From Epiperipatus broadwayi (Eukaryota; Animalia; Onychophora), in contig JAQFVV010000002.1 of assembly GCA_028023455.1 (NCBI GenBank), positions 26,722,001 to 26,786,000 of the forward strand: a DNA stretch of 64,000 bases. Reading direction: 5' to 3'. Each line of letters starts with the position of its first letter. Within the stretch, counting starts at the first letter, position 1. Both the position numbers and the translations under genes were made by a program. The notes under the pieces are model-generated. The model did no database searches, was not told the DNA's origin, and saw only the letters and a list, made by a program, of their open reading frames with translations. Shown here piece after piece: positions 1 to 12,019 of this stretch.

Positions 1-1129
1 GCTTCACTTCAGTGTGCATGAATCACAAAAGATCATTGATGATTAATAAAGTAGTGGAGATAATATAGAAAATATAAATATTGAAGTAAATAAAAATATG
101 GGTAAAATGCTTAAAATTACATTGAGATACATAACTGAAAAGCTAGATAAGTATAGTAAGATAAAAGGATTATTAAAAAAAAAGATTTTATTTTTGTAAA
201 AAAAAAATTTTGCTAAGTAAAAATAGGGGCAAAGAACTGAAGTAACGATTAAAGTAAACAATGGAAAGTTAATAAAAGAGAAGGTAATCAAAAATTTGAA
301 AATGTTATTTATGTGATAGAAGTAATAAGCATTCAGCTAGCTACTATAAAAGGAAAGGGGGACAGCTGACTAACAGCTGAAATGAAGACCGACAAAGTAC
401 AGAAAATTCTGATATAACTGCCGAAAATTGTGAGGAAAAAAGTTTGTGACAATAAATTATTTTAATATATATATATATGCTTTTCATTCTATTCATAATG
501 CTCTGCATTATTTAGTAGTGGTAGGTCAGTCGCTGGAGCATAAGATTTCCACGGATTGATTCCAATTTTGGCATTTCCAGCATTCAAATTTCTTATAAAC
601 ATCAAGCAATAGAGCCATTTAATCGATTATTTATTCAGTTCTTAATGTGATAAATTTAGTGTGGGAATTTTTATACATTTATTCTCACATGAAGTTAAGT
701 AATATTAAAATTATTAGATAGACATATTTGTAATAGGTTACACATTTATAATCAGAGCTTCAGAAAGGATAAAGAAACAAAACTATTTTTAGAGTGGTAC
801 GATTACTTTGAAGAGATATATAAAAAGAGGAATTTAATTTGGAGAAAAGATCTTTCATCGAAAAGAATACAGAAGAGTAATTAATTGAATGCATATTTTA
901 TGCCAGAAGTATTGTGAATATTTTAGATGTGAAGGTCAAAAACAAAACTTTGGATAGTGATGAAAGAAATTTTTGATAGTATTTAAGAGAATATTATTCC
1001 AAATCAAGAAATAAAATAAATGAAGAATATGAACTAAAAAGATGTAGGACAGATAGGATTTAGATTATTTATAGTGAAACCGTAATTCAATGTAATGTAA
1101 ATGCTTAAAATTTTTCTTTTCTTTTATAG

Positions 1130-1293
1130 GGCTTTCAGCTGCAGGCCTCAATGGTTATCTATATGCTGCAGGAGGACATTCTGGGTCAGCTTACTTAAAT
1201 GTTGTTCAGAGGTATGATCCCTATAATGACCGGTGGTGTGATCTTCACAACATGAACGAATGCCGATGCAGTTTTGGATTAGCAGCTTTATAG
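1130..1293 (+). CDS. KLHL28: Terminal coding exon of a kelch-like (BTB-Kelch) gene, KLHL28-like
   Basis: Pyrimidine tract plus TAG acceptor at 1111-1129. Translation (G)LSAAGLNGYLYAAGGHSGSAYLNVVQRYDPYNDRWCDLHNMNECRCSFGLAAL* is a kelch repeat (GG..Y.P...W) ending in GGHSGS.YLN.VQ.YDP..D.W...M..CRC.FGL.AL*, which I recognise as the KLHL28 C-terminus. AATAAA at 1432-1437. Upstream exons were not found in the window. Confidence 0.85.
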
Positions 1294-1510
1294 CAGAAGA
1301 TTCTTCTGTCACAATCTACCTCTGTTAATTTATTTGATATGCATCAATTACAGCATTTTTAAAATAATGCAAATTTACGGTGAAATTTTGCAATACAAAT
1401 CATTTGAAATTGTTTGATACTAGATGATTTAAATAAAATTTTATAGAAAAAAACCAAACGATTACTAAAAAAATTTACATTAATGATTTTGTATATTATT
1501 CACTTTTTTT

Positions 1511-1612
1511 CATATGTCATAGCATTGGCCAGGAGGCGAATCCACAACCGTCTGCAACTAACTACTTGCTTGCAAGGCAGCTGCAATAACCTCTCGGCTA
1601 ACAACGCTTGAC
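1511..1612 (-). mobile_element. tRNA-derived SINE (family A) with 16-bp TSD
   Basis: Minus strand reads GTCAAGCGTTGTTAGCCGAGAGGTTA..GCAGCTGCCTTGCAAGCA..GGATTCGCCTCCTGGCCAATGCTATGACA, with A-box-, anticodon-arm- and B-box-like motifs. TSD ATATTATTCACTTTTT at 1493-1508 and 1613-1628. A related copy lies at 45425-45502. Confidence 0.75.
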
Positions 1613-3366
1613 ATATTATTCACTTTTTAAGATATAATGTGTATATATTCATTTAATACATTTCATTTTTTACATTTAAGTCATCAAAACAAAGAAATTT
1701 TTGAAATTATAAAAATTTTAAGAAAGAGAATGTAAAGTCCTAAAATGAATGTATATATATATTCTGCTTAACCTTACAAACTGCTCCATTGAAAAGAGAT
1801 ATAACAGCATGCCAGGTGCAAATCAATAGGCAAGATATGCAAATCAATAAAGTTGATCGCCTATCAAATACCTGCAAGAAATATTGAGAGATAGGAATTG
1901 AGAAAGTCATCTAATACAGTGTGCTTCTTAGTTAACAAAATAATAAGAATTTATGGTTATTACAGCACGTACTTGTCATATTACCAAATTAGCAATATAC
2001 TTCTGATAGGGATGATTATAAGATTATTTATCCATAATCACAAACTATAAGTATCTGGACATAAGAATAATTAGAGATTTTGGGAAAAAATGATTGTAGG
2101 AAAGTATTTGCAATTATTGAAGGTTTAATGCAGTCGGGTAATGGAGTTAGTTACAAGTTGCTGTGGAGAATTTGATGAGTAACAATGGAATCTCTATCAT
2201 GATTTGGATTAAACTGAAGAATAGCGGAGATTAGTATGAAGTTCTTAATAGTACTTGCAATCCTACTCATTAAATGTCAACCTATCAGGTTAGAAGTTAC
2301 ATACTGCTAGATATGACATCTTGTTCAATAACAAATCACAATTTAGGCACCAAAACGATTGAGTGTAGGTGACAGTATAAACATAAGGTTGATTATTCTT
2401 TACCAGGAATTTTTGAATGTCATGATGGTCACTTTTTGAATACATTATTTGGCTTGATGTTCTTTGGCAGAAATTTTAAAACTTATTTCCGAGTAATAAA
2501 TTTAAGATCATTTGTCAATGAAATATGTCAGAGTAAACACTAATCATATGTTCCAATATTATCTAAGATATATCACACTTGTAGCTATCTTGATTCTCAA
2601 ATATTTCACCACTGAGCATGTTTTCCTGCACAACCATAGAATTATGGGACCAGATAAATATTGAGTCACTATACATATTCTCCAACATCATGTCTTAATA
2701 TTACTGATTTTTGCATGACAACCACAGAAGATATTATGATTCTGTTTTTCATAAATCTAACCTGTATTATTTTGGAAATTAAACGTTATTTGCTATTCTA
2801 TGTTTGGCAAGTTTCTACATTTAGCAATGTATTTATAAAACTAAACATTTAATTTACATTGTCTATAATAAGTGCACACAAATATATAATATGAAATAGA
2901 AATTAAATTTCTTTTATTTAGGTTTTGTATATACATGACATTAATAATTAGTTTGGTTATCTTATACTATTATTTTATATGGGAAAAAGCAATACTTGTT
3001 TGTTATGCAATTTTTTTTTTGATTAATTTTTTCCCTCTGAAAGTTCCCAATTAATAATGATTACTTAATTACTCCTGTTATAAAATTATTACTTTTTTTT
3101 CATATAAAGTGATTCAATTTCATAATCAAACTAAATTTTTTTAATGTGGACACTAACTGTACTTGCAAAAAAAAAAAATCATGCATAAGTATTTTTAAAT
3201 CTTTTAACATGATTCATATCTATTACAGATTTTCACAAAGCTCATAAGTTCCTGATATTATATACATATGATCACTAGATGGAGCTTTACCAATAGCTCA
3301 CTAACAAGCTTTGTTTACATAAACGCTGAGAAAGATAGAATTCAATATCTCTTTCATTGTCTCCAA

Positions 3367-3411
3367 CCTTTAGACCATGGTTTCGAGCTAGTTGGCTCAT
3401 GTCAGTAAAGG
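3367..3411 (-). ncRNA. Minimal type-I hammerhead, family 2 copy A (G8A, probably inactive)
   Basis: CCUUUA-CUGACAU-GAGC CAACUA GCUC-GAAA-CC AU GG UC-UAAAGG. Confidence 0.6.
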
Positions 3412-3459
3412 GTAGGAAGACTAGAAATCTGAATTCAATATCTCTTTCATTGTCTCAAA

Positions 3460-3504
3460 CCTTTAGACCATGGTTTCGAGCTAGTTGGCTCACGTCAGTA
3501 AAGG
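3460..3504 (-). ncRNA. Minimal type-I hammerhead, family 2 copy B (best preserved; A9U variant)
   Basis: Stem I CCUUUA/UAAAGG, core CUGACGU, stem II GAGC/GCUC, GAAA, palindromic stem III ACCAUGGU, GUC cleavage triplet (C17 = 3466). Confidence 0.75.
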
Positions 3505-3542
3505 GTAGGAAGACTAGAAATCTAGATTTCTAGTCTTCCTAC

Positions 3543-3587
3543 CCTTTACTGACGTGAGCCAACTAGCTCTAAACCATGGTCTAAAGG
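3543..3587 (+). ncRNA. Minimal type-I hammerhead, family 2 copy C (G12U, probably inactive)
   Basis: CCUUUA-CUGACGU-GAGC CAACUA GCUC-UAAA-CCAUGGUC-UAAAGG. Confidence 0.6.
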
Positions 3588-3737
3588 TTGGAGACAATGA
3601 AAGAGATATTGAATTCTATCTCTCTCAGCGTTTAAGTAAACAAAGCTTGTTAGTGAGCTATTGGTATAGCTCCATCTAGTGATCATAAAATGCAAGCTTA
3701 AGAGTAAGTTACGAAATTTATAACTTGTTTTGTTTAT

Positions 3738-3983
3738 CATATATATGTAATATTGTGGAAGGAAATTACTCTATACCCATGCACTTTCCCATAAATAGAT
3801 GTTTAAAAAAGCACAGAAATCAGACTCATAATAAATTCAAGTTCTAATTTAGGCACGGACAATAATTATTGGTTCATTTAGAGAATAAGCTTCAAGCACA
3901 GATGGACAACCTGTGCTTTTAAAACATTTGATTGGTGTGATAATTTTCTAGTGTATTTCCTTACACAATATTACATATATATG
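3738..3983. mobile_element. MITE-like element with ~33-bp imperfect TIRs; partial second copy at ~4113-4300
   Basis: CATATATATGTAATATTGTGGAAGGAAATT at 3738 versus its reverse complement ending at 3983. An internal ~120 bp (3814-3933) recurs diverged at 4113-4231. Confidence 0.5.
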
Positions 3984-4998
3984 AAAAATGCTATATTATT
4001 AATTATTACATATATACAAACTACTAAGATTCATTGTTGCAGATAGTTAAACATGAGAAACCGTCTTTCCTGTGATATATAAACCAAACTTGTGCAAGCG
4101 ATATGCTGATTTTAGAAGTCAGGCTCATAATAAATTCAAGCTGTAATTTAGATATGGTCAATAATAGTTGGTTTATTTAAAGAATAAGTTCTAAGTATAG
4201 GTGGGCTACTAATGCTTTTGAAACATTTATTGACAGAAGAATGTGTGTCAATTTCCTAGCGCATGTGTAAAGGGTAATTTCCTTCCATAATATTATATAT
4301 GTATTTATACGTATAAATTTTTTTTTTTTTAAAAAAAAAGAAGCAAATAATGGATTATGGAAGTCATACCTTTGCATATACATATTCAGTACAAGATTAT
4401 CCCCACAAAAGATTTACTATATCTCGATATAAACATGTTATATTTCTCTACTCAAAAAAATGACATCATATAAAATATATCCTAATCTACAGTAATAAAT
4501 TTTATATTACGAATATGTTTTTTTTTTTTTTTTAATGAATGCAGTTAATTTTAATTATAAATGCAATTTTTTTTGGTCACTTTTTTATATGTTTTTATTT
4601 AATTTACTCTATCCATCTAGATAAAATCCTGTAGTTCACTTTTCACATACTTTCCAATTTTCAATCTATTTGAGACTTCAGATCTATGTAATATTCCCAA
4701 TTACAATTCACTTTTTTAGTTTGCAAATAATTTTAGCGAAAAATTTAAATTTTTAATTTTATATAGGGAATTCAGAACTCTTTGTAGTACTGCCATCTAG
4801 CGGTATTAAATTGTACCTAAACTATTTTTTCATTCTAATTTCTGGAACTTTATAAACCTAACATATATATATATATAAAAGAACAAATAAAGCATTTATT
4901 CACATAAATGCATTAAGAAGTAAATTTTTTTCAAAGAAATTTTAAACAAACTTCATTAAACGAGCAATTATTATTTGCTATTAAAACACTCACAAAAA

Positions 4999-5160
4999 TG
5001 TGGGGCAAAGAATCATTTAAATAAAATTTCAAATAATACCCATTTTCTTGTATCAATGTCATCTATTCATCAGATTAAAAAATCATCTCTGACAAATGGA
5101 TTATCATTAAAATAAAGTGGGCATTATTTACAAATTTATTTAAATGATTCTTTGCCCACA
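4999..5160. mobile_element. MITE-like foldback element (related to 24830-24985)
   Basis: TIR TGTGGGGCAAAGAATCATTTAAATAAAATTT / AAATTTATTTAAATGATTCTTTGCCCACA. Confidence 0.6.
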
Positions 5161-5327
5161 CTTTTATTTTTGGTCACATAATCCTGAGAATATTATGAAA
5201 ATTGAAGAAAAGTTATTTTTACTTTTTGTAGTGCATTTATGTGAATAAAAGAATTTAAAATATTTTTATTTTCCTGGTTCCAATTTAATGATAATTACCT
5301 CATATTTTCTACTATATATATATATAT

Positions 5328-5612
5328 GGGTAAGAGAACAAACAGGTGTTACTGACATCATTGAAAGAATTAAAAGACTGAAGTGCAGTTGGACTGGATT
5401 TATTTCTAGAAGAGGTGATACTGGATGGACAGTTGAAATCTTAAACAGGATTCCATGAGATTGTAAAAGACCTAGTAAGAGACCACACGTGAGATGAATG
5501 GATCAAATAAGGAAGTATGCTTGGGTGATGTGAAGAAAAGAGGCTAGAAATCAGAGATGGATTGAACTTAGAGAGATCTTCATCCTAGTGGGTTGACAAC
5601 GATGATAATGAT
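5328..5612 (+). mobile_element. RTE-clade LINE 3' fragment
   Basis: Decayed ..VTDIIERIKRLKCSWTG..SRRGDTGWTVEILNRIP.. with a (GAT)n tail. TSD CTCATATTTTC at 5299-5309 and 5613-5623, with (TA)n at the 5' junction. Confidence 0.8.
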
Positions 5613-6636
5613 CTCATATTTTCAATAACTTGTAGTTTGAAAAAAACAAATTGAATTCAAAAACCCAATATGCTCTCAGTTACGATTACTATCAAAGTGA
5701 ATTGCTGCTGTGAACAAGTTTAGGGATGCAAGTCGATCATTAGAGGTAAAATATTTATATATACCCATATACAAATTTATATAATTTGATCTTAATTTTC
5801 ATTTATATTTATGTAACATTAATTTTAATATTTCATGATTTATTTATTTATTTAAACTTTTCAAAGTAACAGAATCTGATATTTTAATAGTCGAGTTTTT
5901 TACTTTTCACTAGATATCCACATTAACCTTTTTTCTTGAATATTACAATATAGTCTTTCTCGCTGATAAAAATCTTTCTGGACCAATGTAATAGCTAAAA
6001 ATAATCATCAATTAAAATGACATATAAACAATGTTTATATAAATTAAAGGAAAAAGATAAAACACAATTGATTTAATAGCGAAACAAAATGTACTGAGCA
6101 AAAACATTCGCATATATAGATATGAGTATAATACATATGCAAATGCATTCTCTCTATTACTAATCTGCTTTTTTCATGGTTACATTATTTTTGCTGATGT
6201 TTTAATTGACATAATTTTAAAATTATATTGTATTGCAAATTTCTTACATCCATGTGGAAGTATGGATATAAATGGCCATGGATGTGAAAAGGAAGGGTGC
6301 ATGGGTGTGAGTGAATTACTATTTCTATTGCAGATATTAGAAATAATTAGAGAAGGTCATGTGATACTTTGTTCACTGGTATTAATAATCTGAAGACCAG
6401 AAAACAATTTCATGCTAATATTTATCAACTTATAATACTATCTCTAAATTAATTTTCAAAACTATGTTCACTTTATTTCTTCTACTATATTATAGTAGTT
6501 AAGTCTCTATTCTTCTTCAACTTCCTTTATTTTTTTTTCTTCTCTACTAAAATAAATGATATAAAAAATCTGAAATCCTTTTATTTCCAATGTTTGATGT
6601 TCTTATTTTTAAATAATACTTTTGTATAAACTATAC

Positions 6637-7278
6637 TAGCCAACTAAAAAGTAGAAAAATAATAATCTGATTAAAAAGTAGAAAAAAAACCCCTGAATTT
6701 CAGTTAATTTGCCATTCTTGGAAAATTTCAGAGATCTTAAGAATCTACACATATTATAAAACAATTAGAAGTTTCAGGAATATTGTCATTTCAAAAAGGC
6801 ATTTGAGGCTAAACTAAATCAAAAATTAAAAAGGCATCAAATGCTTTTATGAAATGACAATATTAAAACAGGCAAAACTCACTATAAGTATTGCCACACA
6901 CAGCAAGCTAGAGTAATCAATAGATGCCAGAAGGCTTGTGCATAAAATCCCCATCTAGGGCTTACTCATCCAATATCCCCAGACTAGTTTCTGGCTTGTG
7001 ACCTTTGTCAGTGAGGAGCCTTGGATCAGAGAGCATTGCAATATGTATAGTGAGTTTTGCCTGTTTTAATAACAGTTATAAGCAAGCACAAGAAATGGTG
7101 ATCATGTGATGTTTATTGGCTTAAATGACAATATTCCTGCAATTCCCAATTGTTTTATAACAAGTTTAGATTCTTAAGATCTGGTATTTTCCAAGAATGA
7201 CAAATTAACCAAGCCTCAATTTTTTTCTACTTTTTAGTTGGATTAGTTTGTTATTTTTCTACTTTTTAATCAGCTAGT
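6637..7278. mobile_element. Foldback MITE (~380 bp native) interrupted by an HHR family-1 insertion
   Basis: Left arm 6637-6807 is complementary to 6837-6864 plus 7136-7278 once the insert is removed. Confidence 0.6.
6865..7122. mobile_element. HHR family-1 element: inverted tail-less part (-, 6865-7040) plus forward tail (+, 7046-7122)
   Basis: TSD AAATGACAATATT at 6852-6864 and 7123-7135. Hammerhead on - at 6976-7017 with degenerate core CUGACAA. Confidence 0.85.
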
Positions 7279-8136
7279 ACTGTTTACAAAAAACCATTAT
7301 AGCAAAAAAAAATTTTTTTAACATATTATTTTGTTAAAGCTAAAAAGTATCTAACCCAGAACAAATTTCAAAAATGTGGACACACAAACAGAAATATACA
7401 CAGACATGGCAAAATCCAGTCCTAAAAATAATTGAAATAGAATTGGGAATCTTATATTCATAAAATATCAATTTTAAAATGTAAAATGTTGATCTCCATA
7501 TTTTCAAACGATAATACTTGAAAAAGTATAATAAATGGTAAAATAGCATAATAAATGGTTATAACAATTAATATTAATTTTTTTTTTAATACAATTTAGT
7601 GTTTGGGGAATTCAGTTGAAAAGTGCTAAATTTTTGAGAATATCTATGGACGCATACACAGTGTATATGAAACTGAAATAGATTTTATTTACAAAATTAA
7701 GTAACAAATACTTTATCTTCATATTTCATTAACAAAGCTGTTTGATTATATTTTGCTGGACTTGAGGCAGCTCACTATAAAGATCCAATCCACATTCACA
7801 TTGTGTATCAATACCCTTGTATAAAAACAAATGATCGGCAAGAACCTTTAACAAAAATTAAAAAAAAAAGTTTACTAAATAATATAAAAATCACATTATA
7901 AAAAATTAAGCTAGTTCAAAATTAATATAAATGATGTTTACAACTTAAATATCTAACTAAATTATTCAATAACAAATATATTTCTTTAATACAAATAAGT
8001 TTTTTTGATAACATTTTGCTATCTTTTTTACCAGCGTACACATGTGAATACAACCCAATATATATTGAAATATGGATATATTTTTATTTATGCATTGATA
8101 CAATCATATAAGGCAAATTGAAAGTAATGACATTTT

Positions 8137-8695
8137 TTACGCATCATCATCAACCATTATCAATCCATTGCAGGATGAAGGTCTCTCCAAGTTTAATCCA
8201 TCTCCAATCTTTAGCTTCTCTTCTCCACATCACCCCTGCACTTTCTTATTTCATCCATCCATCTCACATGTGGTCTCTTTCTGGGTCTTTTACAATCTCT
8301 TGGAATCCGGTTTAAGATTTCAATTGTCCATCTATTATCATCTCTTCTAGCAATATGTCCAGCCCAACTCCACTTCAATCTTTTAATTTTTTCAATGAGG
8401 TCAGCAACACCTGTTTGTTCTCTTATCCATATATTGCGTTTTCGATCTCTTCTTGTTACTCCCAACATGCATCTCTCCATACTTCTTTGAGTGGTCTGGA
8501 TTCTCTGTATTGCTCTTCTATTAAGTGTCCAAGTCTCAGATCCATAAGTAAGAACTGGTAAAACACATTTGTTAAAAACCTTCCTTTTCAAACAGATAGG
8601 CATATTTCCTTTTAATATCAAGTTATTTCTACCAAAAGCACTCCAACCAAATTTAATTCTATGATTAATTTCATCCATTATGTTTCCATCTGTAT
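8137..8695 (-). mobile_element. RTE-clade LINE 3' fragment (RT C-terminal region)
   Basis: ORF 8211-8678: KRKVFNKCVLPVLTYGSETWTL..MERCMLGVTRRDRKRN.WIREQT..KRLKWSWAGHIARR..RW..RP..RWMDEI; (CAT)n tail at ~8142. Confidence 0.9.
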
Positions 8696-11600
8696 TAGTA
8701 ATCTAACCAAAGTATTTGTAACTGTTAACTTCTTCTAATTCATCATAATCAATCTTTATTTTCATATGCATAGATTATTAATAATGTATATATAGATGCA
8801 CACAAGAAATTATGATGATATATACAATTTTCCTTTCATGTGTAAATGTCTAATCATTAATTGTATATATGTTTTACATATAATTGTATTTCTTTCTTTA
8901 TTATATTATCCTTGCAAAGTTTTCTAGTAAAGTCATTTATTTCAAATACAATAAAGAAAAAAGTATGCAAAATAAAAAAATCATATGTACACATGTATAT
9001 AAAAGTTTCCATAATATTTTGTGCAAGTTTGAATCTATACAAAACAGTTCGTTAACTTACTAATGATTGATCATTTATTCATAAATAAAAAATAATATGT
9101 TATGCATTATAATTGGTATATATTATAACAACGCAAATTCGATTGCAGCTCAAATTAGTTACATTATTAAGCTACATGAAAATATTTAACGAAAAATCTT
9201 TTCTACATTAATTAATAAATGTATAAATTGCTATATGCGTGTGTGCACGCACACTAAATATAACATACGTTTCACATAAGTATACTGGTTTAAATAATTT
9301 AAAGAAAAATTAGTCTACACCTTTTATCATACTATTAAATATATAATAAAAGAAACGTATGATGTAAAATTACCAACAATAACATTTATAATTCATGTAA
9401 GGGAAGAAAGAAAAATTAGTTTAGTTCTGCGTAAACGAATTCGAATTCCATAGTTTATAAAAATGTATATTTTGTGACTTTTTCAGATTTGCCTACTAAA
9501 TGGGGTTTTAAATAATTTGTCCTTATAATAAATTATATGGCAAATCTAATTATAGTAATGAAAATTATGGGATACCAAAATTAACAAAGTTAGAGTGCAA
9601 TTTTTAAAAGTCAATAATGATTTTTCTCTTTCTTTCTATCATTATTGTAAATAAATTAAAATAAATTATTTGTTTCACATGTTGTGAAATGAATATTTCT
9701 TGTAATTAGTGAGATGATTTTGGATAAAACTGATAAAGATGTTTTTTGGAAAACATCTTTGAATATACAGTAGGTGTGAAATACAAAAAATATGTGAAGT
9801 ATAAATAAGTCAAAAAATAGTGGAGTGATTCCATGAAGATAAGAGAAACTACTGGTTAGAACAGTTTTCCACTGAACAATTTGGATAGCTTGCTGGCTGC
9901 TATTTACTCCATCTACCATAGCAAATATACTGACATTATATAGCAAAAGACTATTTACTATGTGTGGCTTGAAAATCAAAAAGCACACCCATTAAAATAC
10001 CTAGAATTACGCAATCTGATCCGGAGATGAATGTGGAAGTTGCGTAGAATGCAACAATGCCTGCTTTAAGGAAAAAAACCATGTCATAAAGAAAGAAGTA
10101 GACTGCTGTAAGTTCTACCAGGGCCTATTATATACCCTATTTATCATCATCGATAGCCATTCTTTTTATCATCACAAATACCCAAAGAGGACAAACACAC
10201 TAGGGAGAAAAACATGGTTTAAAACTTTATAAATTTAAGACAAATGTCAAGATCTTATCATTATAGTTATCTATAGGGCCTTAAGTTTTAATATTTATAA
10301 TTATTATTATTTTATTTTCAATATTTTGTAATATAATAAATAATTATATTTAACTAGTAGCAATTGCAAATGTATAAGCAATAAGTTCACTAATTGTCAA
10401 TAAATTGTTAGCTTATTTTATATTTAGTTTGTTTTGCTTTTCAAACTCATTCCAAATATATGCTACTAATATCTATAAATCCTGAGAAATCTTGCAACCC
10501 ATTTGGGGACATGCAGGGATTAAAATGATGATTGTCGGTATTAAAATTTTCAAAAGTAAACTTTCTATTTGGGAAGTTTGGTGCCTTAAGATTCATTTTA
10601 AATTGAATCTAGAAAAATAAATTAAAAATATTTTTGGAATAATTATATTTAACTTAATCTTAGATTATAAGATTATATATCATCATCACAGATAGTTGGT
10701 TAATATTATTGAATATATTTGAATTTAACTATTTTATTTGAATTAACATGACCATATCTATTTATTTGTTATAATATATATTCCATTTTATGGACAGGTT
10801 TTTATTGCATCTATATATAAATAAATCCATTTCAATAATTAATAATAATATAAAAAAAACTATAAAAACATTATTTCCAACCCATTATACCACTATAGCA
10901 ATGCGTAAATAAAACTATCATATTTCCATGAACTTGACATTTGAAGAGACTGCTGGACATGGCAAAGGTTCTTAATATTTTCTCAGAGTAGGAAACTGGT
11001 TAATATAAAAGTAAATATATATAGAAATGATTTTCATGATTCTAACCCTAGTTTGAATACAGATCTATTGTAGTTCTTGTAAAGGCAAGTACATAAGATG
11101 CTAATATATATATATAAATCATTATCAGAAGGGACATACAGACCAATAAGCTTCACTGAATAGGAAAAGGATCCTAAATATGTAAATTAGTACTGGTAAT
11201 TATAATTTTAAATCTTAATAGGGAAAAGCTAAGCATTTAATAGATGGGAATAAAAGTTATTAACATTAAGGAGAAAAATCCTACATAGAACACATATCTT
11301 AAAATTTAAATACAATGCACACATTGGTAATAAAGATGTGTGTGTGCATGCATCATGGATAAATATTGAAATTATTTATAAATACGTAAATAAATTCATA
11401 ATAGAAGATGCAAACTGCTCATACCTATTATTGTAAGCTCATGTCTCCATTCTAATATATATATATATGAAAAAAAAAAAGAAGCTAATTTTTAAGAAAA
11501 GTGATGTATATTTTAAAACATTAAATTCTAAAGTGAAAATTTAATAGAAGTTTCTTCAAAGTATGTGACCATGGCTCTTCTCTTTTGTGTTTCTTCAAGA

Positions 11601-12019
11601 TATATTACCTAACCAGAGAAGGTCCGGCTCTTTCTTGCTTACAATAAAGTTTTGTGCCTGCTTTGTGTTTCTTTATGAAATGAAGATTTCAGTAAATGTA
11701 TTTACTAAATATATAATCCACAAACCATGGATCCAATGGTTATACACAGTTTTGTCACCAAAACTACATCTAATTAAATAAACCTCCATTACTAGATAAA
11801 AGCCACGGGAATAATCAACTCATTAAAATTGTTTTGCCAAATTTGTTTTAAAATCTCAAGTAAATCTGCAAAGGATATTATAAATAAAAATATTTTATTG
11901 GAAACTTACATTCATTATTACTACTGATGAAATATACTTTCGATAAATATTTAAGTTAATCACATAAAAGAAATACAGTGAAATTGAAACTTTTTGTAAC
12001 AAAAATAAAAAAATAGAAA

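Larger units (their letters stand above)
3268..3686. mobile_element. Hammerhead-bearing palindromic insertion (HHR family 2): spacer-less inverted repeat whose left arm has a 93-bp tandem duplication
   Basis: Arms 3268-3523 and 3524-3686 are reverse complements around TCT|AGA. The 93-bp unit repeats at 3338-3430 and 3431-3523. Three hammerhead-like motifs are present. Confidence 0.85.

Noticed and set aside
515-590. A-box/B-box-like motifs (TAGTGGTAGG..GGATTGATTCC)
   Set aside because: Too degenerate, and no second copy seen in the window.
6385-6415. CTGAAGA-CCA-GAAAAC motif
   Set aside because: No stem II, and only 2 bp possible in stems I and III; expected by chance in AT-rich DNA.
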